Notes: generated by a model from the sequence alone, not told the origin. A stretch of 64,000 nucleotides of DNA from Heptranchias perlo (GCF_035084215.1 NC_090363.1:12276001-12340000); one strand, 5' to 3'; numbered from the stretch's first letter, positions 1-11,022 are shown. Translations and numbers: made by a program.

Positions 1-520
1 ACAGGCGAGAAAGTAGAGAAAGGAGGAAGTTCAAGGCTAGCGCAGGGAGGAACCTTGGGGTAAGTTTGGCTTCGTGGGTTAAGGGAAAGCAGGGAAGCGG
101 CAGAGGCAGCAGAACGGATGGTCTCAATCTTAGTAATAACGAAGTCCATGAGCTCGTCGCACTTGTTGTTGGAGCTGACTGCAGAGGGGCAGTGATTAGA
201 GGTTCAAGAATACCGTTTGCAGTGGAGAAATGACGCCGGGGTTAATGTTATCATTCCAGGATGGTCCTGGAATATTGAGCAATTTTGGCAGAGGAGAATA
301 GGACACGATAAAGCTTTATGTGGTCCAGCCAGATCTGGCAATGGATTGTTATACCAGTTGTCCGCCGTAAATGTTCAAGTCTGGGTCCCTTGGACTTCAG
401 GGAGGGGAGATGTGGGCTGTAACGGGGGTAAGGACCAGGGTGAGAGGCAATAATTGTTTTAATGGAGCAAGGGCATCAAAGTTGGAGGTACGGTGTGATT
501 GAGCAGATCGGTAGCCATTA
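1..520 (-). mobile_element. L2-clade LINE ORF2 relic (continuation of the element seen at 34520-35715)
   Basis: Duplicate of 35198-35715, whose minus strand encodes MDFVITKIETIRSA...FSTFSPVS...SCYLDPIPTKLL, typical of L2 ORF2. Confidence 0.7.
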
Positions 521-1110
521 GGTACAGTGTAGATATTTTATATTGAAAAAAATATGCATTCAGGGTACGATAATGACTAACAGTCACTCAATCGCCGACC
601 ATGTTGCGCTGGTGAAATTGTGTTCGTCGCACCAGCACCTGATTGAACGGTGCTGCCGGGTGATGACCCATTTTATATTCCCCTCCCAGCTCCGATATTG
701 TATCTCATGTTGTCAATGCGATTTACTCTATCACTCTATCACTCTCACAGCTTTTTGGTATGATTTGCACTTTGACGGTTAAGTGCTAACTGACAGGTTC
801 ACATTTTATTCCCCTTCTTCTCCAATTCACTTTTAATTTTTAGAACTGGAACAACGGAGCCTTCGTAGAATTAATTAAAGCATCGAGTTACCAAGAGCTA
901 AATAACGTCATCAAGAAACTGCTTTGAGGTCACAGTTTCAGCGCGGGGGATGACTGAGCCTCAGAGTGCCCAGTGGAGCCTCGATTTTCGCACTGCCTCA
1001 TTAAATGATCGTGGAGCGCACTTTACTCATTGATTTGGAAAATAAATATGTTCTAATATGTTTGTTCGAAGGCCCGTGGCTAATACCATCTCTTATGTAA
1101 AACCACTGTG

Positions 1111-1138
1111 TCCCTGTGGGATTGACTGGTGTATAAAA
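1111..1138 (+). promoter_or_regulatory. Putative core promoter of copy A: TATAAAA (1132-1138) preceded by TCCCTGTGGGA
   Basis: TATA box starts 83 bp upstream of the ATG; both motifs are conserved at the same spacing in all five copies that keep a promoter. Confidence 0.6.
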
Positions 1139-1214
1139 CAGCTCCTGTTTCAGTTCATTGTCTTTGTGTTCAAACCACACCCTTGCTTCCACGATTGTCC
1201 GGTTTCGGCAGGAA

Positions 1215-3267
1215 ATGGGACGGGCAGCAGTTTTCTCCGAATCAGTCATTTGCTATCCAATTCTTGCAATTATTGGTCTTCCCAGTAAGTAATAAATTAA
1301 TGACGAAAGGTCATCGACCTGAAACGTTAACTCTGTTCCTTTCTCCAAAGATGCTGCCTCACTGAGTATTTTCAGCATTTTCTGTTTTTATTTCAGAGTT
1401 CCAGAATCCGCAGTATTCTGCGCTTGCAGTAATAACAAGCAATTATTATGTGGACCATTTTTAAAATGCATTGTTGCTTTCACAATGTGCTGTTTGCCTC
1501 CATCTCTTTCTTCCTTGGTTGCCCATTTTATGGTAAGTTTATTGAATAGAAAGCTCTCACTTTGCCTTACTTCTTATAAAAGGAAAACTATTGTGATATT
1601 ATATAAGGCTCTCTAAATGCATACATCAAATGCAAGTTCTCCCGTTTGTTAAACGCCTTGCAATCAGCTACATGGAATAACTGTGACCATCAGGTTTATC
1701 GTGAGGACCCTTATGCGGAGTTTTAACCAGAGTTTATCTTCCAAATGTCAACAGGCCGGTTACGCATCTCCAAGATTCAGTATACCTGACTCACGTGAAT
1801 TCCTAAACTTCTCCCACGCTGTGAATTGACTTTGGGGGCGAATTCAACCTAACCCGACTGTCGGGAAACTGACGGGATCGTGTGCATCGCTGGTTTAATA
1901 CCCCATCCCATTTTATCCACTATTGAACGCAAAGGGTTCTAAAACCGGCGTTTCACGCCATACTTGGGTTAAAATTACCCCTTCTGTCGCATAATTTGAA
2001 GGAAATCAATGGCTGTTTTACTGAACTCTCTTCATCACTTGCTCAGGATGAAATGGCTTCTCATCAGTAATGTGTCTCCGAAAATATTGACAAAATCGTG
2101 AAAGTGTCACAGTAAATCACGTGTGTCAAAGGAGGAGCCAATTTCCAGCAATTCGTATGCTGCACATACTTTATTCTCGACTGGAATCACTTAAATCAGC
2201 AGATAGTAGTGAGTGAATTTGGCACTGTCCTGATCTGGTTCTCTCAGTACAGCACCCGGTGAGACTGGGAGGAATCCGTCTCAGTAACAAGCCTCCTTTC
2301 TCACAAATACCAAACAGCCAATTCCAAAGGAGTGTGATTTTATATCTTGTTTTTTTTTCAATTTATTTCAGCAAACCTGATGTCAGTTGTGATCCTGTCC
2401 CGGGGAAAGTGCGGTCTCTCCAAAGGAATCACTCGTTACATGGCGGCCATGGCAGTAGCAGATCTAATGGTTTGCATGTTTAATGTAATATTACGAAATA
2501 TCTTCAGGTATCATTTTCGAGATTCATGGTTGAGCTACACTTACGTGTGCCGTTTTACTGCTTTTATACAAGTATTTAGTAGCCAGCTCTCTGTCTGGTT
2601 CACAGTTTCATTCACCTTTGACCGCTTCATATCAATTTGTTGTCAGAAACTAAAATTGAAATATTGCACCGAAAGAACTGCCAGTGTAGTTTTAACGACC
2701 ATATGTGTGCTCAGCTTTTTGATGAATATTCCTGTTTATTTCCGATTTGAGCCATACTATATGGTTGATCATATACAGTGGGGCTGCCGTACAGTTACAG
2801 GATATTTTTCTTCACCGGCATGGGTAGCTTACAAATGGATTAGCACTCTCTCAACCCCAATTCTCCCATTCCCTTTGTTATTGCTGTTAAATTCTCTCAC
2901 TGCCAGGCACATCTTAGTGGCCAGTAGATCTCGCAGAGTCCTGAAGAGCCGAAACAATGGGGAGAACCGCAGTGATCCCGAGATGAAGAATCGAAGAACA
3001 TCCATCATTCTGCTCTTCGCTATCTCGGGGAGTTTTATTGTGTTGTGGACGCCGATTACTGTAATAAACATCTGTGTCGGTGTGACGGAGACACTTAGTT
3101 TCAAAGGTTCAAACTCACTTTATTTGGCAATTAGAATCACACTTCTGCTGATGTATTTGAGCTCCTGCACGAACACGTGCATTTATGCATTGACCCAGAG
3201 GAGATTCCGAGAGGAGATGAAGAATATGTTGAAATATCCGGTTACTTTCGTTTTCAAGTTATTTTAA
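1215..3267 (+). CDS. GPR139/GPR142-like class A GPCR, copy A (intact, 2 exons: 1215-1284 + 2372-3267, 321 aa)
   Basis: Exon 1 ATG at 1215 reads MGRAAVFSESVICYPILAIIGLP+A|GTAAGT. Acceptor is polypyrimidine TTTCAG|CA at 2371/2372, and the phase-1 join gives ...GLPTNLMSVVILSRG. 7TM motifs: TM2 AMAVADL, TM3 C...TFDRF, ECL2 WGC, TM6 FIVLWTP, TM7 SSCTNTCIY, helix 8 RRFREE. Confidence 0.9.
1301..1426 (+). mobile_element. Penelope-like element terminal-repeat fragment with degenerate hammerhead ribozyme core (intron 1)
   Basis: TGACGA-A-AGGTC-ATC-GACCT-GAAACGTT followed by ...AGATGCTGCC..CTGAGTATTTT.CAGCATTTTCTGTTTTTATTTCAGA. Homologs at ~14147, 26566, 36498, 49317, 57220. Confidence 0.6.
1834..1981. 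mobile_element. Palindromic MITE-like element in intron of copy A
   Basis: Imperfect terminal inverted repeats GGGGCGAATTCAACC / GGTTAAAATTACCCC and an internal inverted repeat; homologs at 15337-15484, 37031-37178, 50525-50672; absent from C/C'. Confidence 0.55.
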
Positions 3268-3781
3268 TAATTAAATTTTATTTACTCGCATTTTCCTGGG
3301 ATCTAGGTTCGTTGTTGCTACTTGAAGTGTTCGGCTGAGGCCAGGTATTGCACCCATTGGTTCTCATCCTTCCACAACACCAGTTGTCCATTTTCCTACC
3401 TCACAAGGTGATGGCAGTTCCGCTCCTGTTCTAAAACTCGCCATACCGATATGAGAAAACGAATCGCACCGAATTCTCTAAACATATTACTGATAGAATG
3501 TTTTGCGGTATCTAAAAGTTCACAACATTTCACAATGGTTCATTTTTTGAGATGAAAGGACAGAGACCGAAGGTCCCCATCAGTTCTTGTCAAATTTCGG
3601 AATATTCCCTTTGGCTCCTATGAGTGAAAATACCAGATACTCACCGTGAAGAGTCCATCTGGTCTGTGCATGTGAGGGCATCAGTGACTCATTGTGGATA
3701 TTTCTTCTGTATCCAATCCGTCAGGTTATCAGTGTGATCCCTATGTCTAAAGGGTTGGAAGTTATGCTCCAGCGATACAAA

Positions 3782-5889
3782 CATAGAAACATATAGAAAC
3801 ATAGAAAATAGGAGCAGGAGTAGGCATTCGTCACATCAAGCCTGTTCCGCCATTCATTATAATCATGGCTGACCCTCTATCTCAATGCCATATTCCCGCT
3901 CGCTCCCCATACCCCTTGATGCCTTCAGTGTCGAGAAATTTATCTAGCTCCTTCTTAAATATATTTAGTGAATTGGCTTCTACAGCCTTCTGTGGTAGAG
4001 AATTCCACAGATTCACCACACTCTGAGTGAAGAAGCTTCTCCTCATCTCAGTCCTAAATGGCCTACCCCATATCCTGAGACTGTGACTCCTCGTTCTGGA
4101 TCCCACAGCCAGGGGAAACATCCGCCCTGCATCCGGTCTGTCTAGCCCTGTCAGAGTTTTACATATTTCAATGAATACCCTCTCATTCTTCTCAACTGGA
4201 GTAAATACAGGCCGAGTCGACCCAATCTCTCCTCAAACGACAGTGCTGCCATCCCAGGAATCAGCCTGGTGAACATTCGTTGCACTCCCTCTAAGGCAAT
4301 TATATCCTTTATTAGATAAGGAGACCAAAACTGCATACAATACTCCAGATGTGGTCTCACCAAGCCCTGTATAACTGCAGTAAGACATATTAGCTCATGT
4401 ACTCAAATCCTCTTGCAATGAAGGCCAACATACCATTTGCCTTCCTAACTGCTTGCTGCACCTGCATGTTTGCTTTCAGTGACTGGTGTACAAAGACACC
4501 CAGGTCCCTTTGTTCATTAACATTTCCCAGTCCATCACCATTTCAATGATACTCTGCCTTTCTGTTTTTTCTTCCGAAGTGGATAACTTCACATTTATCC
4601 ACATTATACTGCATCTGCCATGTATTTGCCCACTCACTCAACTTACCTCAATCGCCTTGATGCCTCTTTGCTTTCTCCTCACATTTCATGATCCCACCTA
4701 ATTTTGTGTCGTCAGCAAACTTGGAAATATTACATTTGGTTCTCTTCTCCAAATCATTGATATATATTGTGAATAGCTGGGGCCCAAGCACTGATCCCTG
4801 CGGTAACCCACTAGTCACTGCCTGCCACCCCGAAAAAGACCCATTTATTCCAACTCTCTGTTTCCTGACTGTTAACCAATTTTCAATCCACGACAGTATA
4901 TTACCCACAATCCAATGTGCTTTCATTTTTCATGTGGGTCTTTATCAAAGGCTTTCTGAAATTCCAAATAAACCACATCTACTGGTTCTCTCTTACCTAT
5001 TCTACCAGTTATATCCTCAAAAAACTGCAGTGATTTTGTCAAACATGATTATCCTTTCAGAAATCCATGTTGACTTTGTCTAATCCCTTTGATATTTTCT
5101 AAGTGTCCTGTTATCACATTCTTATAATAGACTCTAGCATTTTTCCTACTACTGATGTTAGGCTACCCGGTCTGTTTTCCCTGTTTTCTCTCTCCCTCAA
5201 TTTTTAAAATAGTGGGCTTACATTTGCCACCCTCCAATCTGCAGGAACTGTTCCATAATCGATCGAATTTTGGAAAATGACAACTCATGCATCCACTATT
5301 TCCATGGCTACCGCTTTCAGTATTCTGGGATGCACATTATCAGGCCCTGTGGATTTATCGGCTTTCAGTCCCATTAATTTCTCCAGTACTATTTTTTTAC
5401 TAATACTAATTTCCTTTAATTCCTCCTTCTCACTACTCCCTTGGTTCCCTCGCATTTCTGGGAAGTTATTTGTGTCCTTTTCCGTGAAGACAAAACCGAA
5501 GTATTTGTTCAATTGCTCTGCAATTTCCTTCTTCCCCATTATAAATTCTTCCGTTTCTGACTGTAAGGGACTTACATTTGCCTTCGCTAATCTTCTTCTT
5601 TTTACATACTTATTGAAGCTTTTACAGTCCACTTCTATGTCCCTTGCAAGTTTACTCTCATACTCTATTTTTCACTTCTTAATTGATCTCTTGATCCTTT
5701 TTTGCTGAATTCTAAACTGCTCCCAATCTTCAGGCTTGCTTCTTTTTCCGGTAACTTTATATGATTCCTCTTTTGATCTAATACTATTCTTAATTTCTTT
5801 TGTTAGCCACGGTTAGGCCGCTTTTCCTTTTGTGTTTTCGTGCCAGAAAGGAATGTATAATTGTTGCAATGCATGCATTGCTTCCTGTT
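3782..5889 (-). mobile_element. CR1 LINE, 5'-truncated, A-specific insertion with TSD
   Basis: RT fragments SGLPQGSVLGPQLFTIYINDL, KFADDTKLGG, VRPHLEYC; (TTTCTATG)n-type tail at 3782-3810; TSD ATACAAA at 3775-3781 and 5890-5896; inserted in an older + strand CR1. Confidence 0.9.
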
Positions 5890-6460
5890 ATACAAAGCCC
5901 TGGTTAGACCGCACCTGGAGAACTGTGTACAGTTCAAAGTACCTCAAAATGGAAAGGATATTGAACTTGATGGAAGGGCAGCGTTGATTTACTAGAATGA
6001 TACTTGGACTCCAAGGGTTCAATTGTGAGAGATTACACAAACTAGGGTTGTATTCCCTGGAATGTGGAAGATTAAGGGGTGATTTGCTCGAAGTTTTCAA
6101 GATATTAAAGGGAACTGATATGGTAGATCGAGAGAAAGTATTTACGCTGGTTGAGGACTCTAGGACTAGGGGACATAGCCGAAAAATTACAGCCAGCATC
6201 TTGAGGAGTGAAGTTAGGAAACGCTTCCACACGCAAAGAATGATAGAAGTTTGGAACTCGCTTCGGCAAACGGCAGTTGATGCTAACTCAATTGTTAATT
6301 GTTAATCTGAGATTGATAGATTTTTGTCAACTAAAGGTGTCAAGCGATTTGGGGCGAAGGCGGGTATATTGAGTTAGATCAGAGATCAGCCATGAATTCA
6401 TTCAATGGCAGAACAGGCTCGAGGGGTTAAATGGCCTACTCATGTGCCTATGATCCAATG
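5890..6460 (+). mobile_element. Older CR1 LINE 3' fragment (shared by all units; also 3720-3781)
   Basis: LGLYSLECGRLRGDLLEVFKILKG...SRTRGHS...WNSL, the CR1 ORF2 C-terminus. Confidence 0.8.
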
Positions 6461-7545
6461 TTCCAATGATATCAGAACCATAACAATATGGTATGTAATT
6501 CTGCAACAAGTAAGGGACAGAAATTGTGTTTCTTTGTGACAAGGTCCACAGAGCTCTCCTGACGGGAGATTGATAGACACAGGAAGTCACATCGTTGGGT
6601 GTGCGAGGTTATATAACAATTGGACCATATTGTAAAATAGTAGAATTTGTTTTTAAATTTATTCTCAGAATGTGTACATCCCTGGCTAGGCCGGCATTTA
6701 TTGCCCATCGCTAGTTGACGTGAGAAGGTGATGACCGACCTTCTTCCTTGAATCATCTTTATTGGTATGATACAACTGTGTGGCTTGCATGTCCATTATG
6801 AGGGTAGATAAGAGTCAACCAAGTAACAATAGGCCAGAATCTATGACAGTTTTCCTTCCCTAAAGGACATCATTGAACCGATTCGGTTTTTAAAACTATC
6901 AGATTGCCTTATGATCACTTTTACTGGCTTTTTTTCCAGATGTCCAGGGAAACAGAATTAAAATTCTCATAAAGCGGTGGTGCAATTTGAACTCAAGGTC
7001 TCCGAATTACTAGCCCAGGAATATAACCGCTTCATTGTCGTAACCGTTATATCATTATAATGCACTGTCAAGCTTGCCCAATTCATAAATCTGTGCCTTG
7101 TTTGTTAAAGATCTGCTCCAATTAGAAGATTATGATTTGATTTTTGGCTTTAGGAGCTCAACTATTCGCTTCAATGCTCAAGGACTGAGAACATCTAGAA
7201 GTTGGGCGGGGTCCATTCTCCTGGTCAAATTTAAATGACCTCTCTGCGAAAGTATGCCTGTCTGGAGGCTGGGAGCAGCTCAGCTTGAGTTAAACCTAGA
7301 GTACATCACATGTGGAGAATCACAATGCATCCTGACAGCAGTGAAAGATCACACGCTCTGGACCATGTGTCATACTTCGCAGAAAACCACCGCCTATGTT
7401 TGCACGTGAAATCCCTTACTTTGTGCAGAAATACATCGCATATTTTATTGCTTCTGATACCCTTGCACACGGTGACCAAAGGTATTCTTGATCAGTTCCT
7501 GCTGTCCTCTCACATACAAACCAGTAGTAACCACCCTGTGCTGTA

Positions 7546-7833
7546 GCTGATATTTTCAGTCATATGGACCAACGGCAACTTTTCCGTTCTGCAGATTATA
7601 CAGTCACTCATAGGGACCAGATGGAATCTTCCAGTTATGTACCTGATATCTTCACTCATAGCGACCAAAGGAAATTTTCCCATTGTGCAGATGATACGTT
7701 TACTCATAGGGATCAAAGGGAATCTTCCTATTCTGTATCTGATATTTTCGCTCATAGCGACCTGATGGCTTCCTCACATTTTGTATCTGACATCTTGACT
7801 CGTAGGGAAAATAGGAATCTTCTACCCTTTGTC
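7546..7833. repeat. Degenerate 48-bp tandem repeat, 6 units
   Basis: Units start at 7546, 7594, 7642, 7690, 7738, 7786; consensus approx. CTGATATCTTCACTCATAGGGACCAAAGGGAATCTTCC...TGTA. Confidence 0.85.
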
Positions 7834-9199
7834 AAGCACTGATGGGAATCTTCCCCTGCTGCGTTTTTATCTCAAAAATGAACAATTGTGAACAATATTA
7901 AGGATTAAGTTGTGCATGTGATCGTCTAACATTCATCAGATTCAAACATCTGGATGAAAGTGTCCAATATGTCACTTGTACGTCAATGTTTTCTCCCAGT
8001 CTACATATATTGTAAATTTATCTTCAGAATTGATCGCAACTGGGGCAATTCAAAAATCGAATTCATTGTCCGCATGCCTGATTGATTACTTGTTCGTTCT
8101 GCTGAGCAGATCTGAATCCACATTGCAATGAATTTACCTGATTTTAAAATATTTTAGTTTGCCAAATCTACAGAAATACTTTTCCATGCAATTCGATTTG
8201 ATATAACTGTCCTGCTTGACGTGTCGAAGGCCATTTTATCAGGACAGAAGCAATCTTCCAAGGGGCTGATGTGCAAATTATGTCATTCAGATGATGATAA
8301 ACTTAGGCAAGAAACGTTGATGGATTAAAAGAGAAAAGTTGATTATATCGGCCTGCTATCAACAAAATGGTGGATAGGATTGCACAATGAATGATAAAAG
8401 TAATTATTTTGGGAAAGGAACGGAGTGATGCAGAGAACAGATTGTGGGGAGTTCCTCAGTTGAAAAAAGGAATCAGGCGATGCGCCATGATCAACTGCGC
8501 AGATAGAGGGTCATTTGCGGATGTTTGTCAGCAATAAGCCAATCTTTTATTCAAAATCTTCTGATATTAGCTTGTTTAGTTGTTCAAATGTCAATCCATG
8601 TCAATGGCGTTGACTATCAGCAAATTAAATTTTCAAAATACTCACCAGTAGGAATCTGGTGGTGTATCGATATATATCGAGGACATCGGTATAACTGCCT
8701 CACCGAACTCCATGCTGGTGTTCAAAGATTAGAAGAGATCTTTCATGTCGATGAAGTAATTAAGATTTGAAAATTCCCTCCTTAATTTTGGAAAACACAG
8801 GGTTAAGTGCTTAACCTTGGCCTTTAGTTAGAAAGTCAGGGCTATCGACGTTCTTTGGGATAGAATGTTGACAAACAGCTCTTTAACTGAAAAGGATATG
8901 AGGAATGAATGCAACCGACAGTGTGTAAATAGAAGAACACGTGGCTGAGATCAGACACATGAATCTAGAGAACCAAAGGAAGAATTCTACCAGAATTAGA
9001 ATTTTTTGGAGTCAATGACAGGCAGGATCCGACATACAGTTTATGATAATCTTGACAACATTACATAAAATGGCCGTGAGAAAGCCTTGAAGACATTTTA
9101 GTGAAGTTTCACTGTATGGTTGGTATTTTAATATATTCCAATTTCGCTTTCAAAAGCTTAACACACGTTAAAACACGTGCATGAGACAGGAAGTCAACG

Positions 9200-10465
9200 T
9201 GGGAAAAGGAGTATGTCATTCAGTCCCTCGAGACTTTTCCGCTGTTCAATGAGGTCATGACTTATCTGTAACCTAATTTCATCCACCCGCCTTGGCTCCA
9301 TATCCTTAAATAACCTTGGCTGGAAAAACTGTCAAAGATCTCAGATTTAAAGTTATTAATTGAAGTAGCATCTATTGCTTTTTGTGGGAGAGAGTTCCAC
9401 ATTGAGAATCTATGTGTGAAGAAAGATTTCCCAACTTCTCTCCTCAATGGCCTTGCTCTGAATTTAAGGTTATGGCCCTTTGTCCTCGACTCCACAATCA
9501 GCAGAAAAAAAATTCGCTCTATCTATCCTATCAATTCCTTTCAAAATCCGAAAAAACGTCAATCAAATCACCCGTTAACCTTCTATATTCGAAGGACGAC
9601 AAGCCTGGTTTGTGTATTCTCACCTCATAATCTAATCCTTGGATCCCTGGTAACATTCACGTGAATTTGCGCTGCACTCCTTCCAAGGCCAATATATCCT
9701 TTCTGAGGCGCAGTGCCCAGAACTGTACACAGTACTCCAGATGTAGACTAACCAGGGTTTTGTATAGCTGTGGCAAACATTCCTGTCCTTTCTATTCTAT
9801 CCCTCTCCTGATGAAGGCTAACATTCCATTAGTCTTTTTGATAATTTTTTCTACCTGACGACTACATTTTACTGATCTGTGCAGATGGAGCACAAAATCT
9901 CCTTGGACCTCCAATGTTCCTAACTTTTCAGCATTCAAAAATATTCGGATCAATCCCTTTTTGGTACAATATGGATGACCTCACACTTGCCTGAATTGAA
10001 ATTACAATAATTTCCCCACAACAAATGTTAGATTATTAGATTTTAAATGTCATGGTATTTCTCTCTCATTTTTCTTAAATAATGGAGTTACATTTGCAGT
10101 ATTCCAATCTAAAGGGCCAATTCCAGAATCGGGAGTGCTGTGAATATTATGGCGAAAGCATCTGCAATTTCCTCACCTACTTCCTTTAAAATCCTGGGGG
10201 TAAAGTATAAGGCCTGGGGATTTGTCATTCTATACGGCCATCAATATTTCTAATTCAGTTTTCTTGCGTACATTATCGTCAGTGAGTTCCAGTCCTTGAT
10301 TCATTATTAGATTCCCTGGAATGTAAGGAATATTATCCTATTCCTCTACTGTGAAGACTAGCACAAAGGAATCATTCATCACGTCAGCCATTTCCTTATT
10401 TTCATTAGCAATATTACCAGCATCTTTTTTGATTACACTTTTTCTTCTACTATAATGATAAACAC
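9200..10465 (-). mobile_element. Old CR1 LINE fragments
   Basis: Minus-strand SRTKGHNLK...FFTHR...WNSLP and LHLEYCVQFWA homology. Confidence 0.75.
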
Positions 10466-10814
10466 ATTTGTAAATTCCCTGCTATCGTTACAAAGGCAGG
10501 AGTTGGGGTTGTTCAATGGAGATGGGGAATTTGCTCAATTCAATACGGTCAGAATTAGATTGTGTCCCTCACATCCACACTGTTCACAGTAAACATCCTG
10601 AGGCAATGAAATGTGTAACCGTGTCTGAGAAATTTCAAAGTGACGAAACACACAAAGGAAGAGTCGATGGGAGAATATACGAAACCTGAGGCCCAGTACA
10701 GAGCACAAGGAAGGTGTTAGCAGCAATTACGGTTTTGCATCTGTTGTGTATTTGCAGCAGATGCTGTTTAACTTTAGTTCTTTAATGTAGTCGCTGGACA
10801 GCGAGTGCTGTGCC

Positions 10815-11022
10815 TGGGGAGGCTGGGTTACTTGGGCACAAGGGGAGTCGGAGATAGGCGGTGAGGGTACCTGCGGTCCTTGGGCAACAGTGTGAAGGGG
10901 AGATAGGCTGCGAGGTGTCCCTGGGTTGCTTGTGCCACAGAGAAGGGGAAGGCAGGTGTTGAGGGAGCCCTGGGCTGCTTGGAACAAAGCGGGAAGCGGA
11001 AACAGGCTGCAAGGGGTCCTTG
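10815..11022. repeat. G-rich degenerate ~49-bp tandem repeat (~4 units)
   Basis: Recurring CTGGG.TGCTTGGGCACA...GGGGAGA.AGGCTGCGAGGG..CC; homologs at 23289-23486 and ~45995-46192. Confidence 0.7.

Noticed and set aside
1129-1365. Recurrent 78-101 aa ORFs over the promoter/exon 1 (MYKT…)
   Set aside because: They begin at a GTG beside the TATA box and run out of frame over the real exon 1 into the intron and repeat sequence.
2829-3104. Conserved 91-aa antisense ORF within every GPCR copy
   Set aside because: Shadow ORF; its conservation follows from constraint on the sense GPCR, and it has no recognisable motifs.
3882-5708. Multiple RT-like ORFs as an active retrotransposon or host gene
   Set aside because: Frameshifted, internally deleted, 5'-truncated CR1 remnants; the + strand ORFs are antisense shadows.
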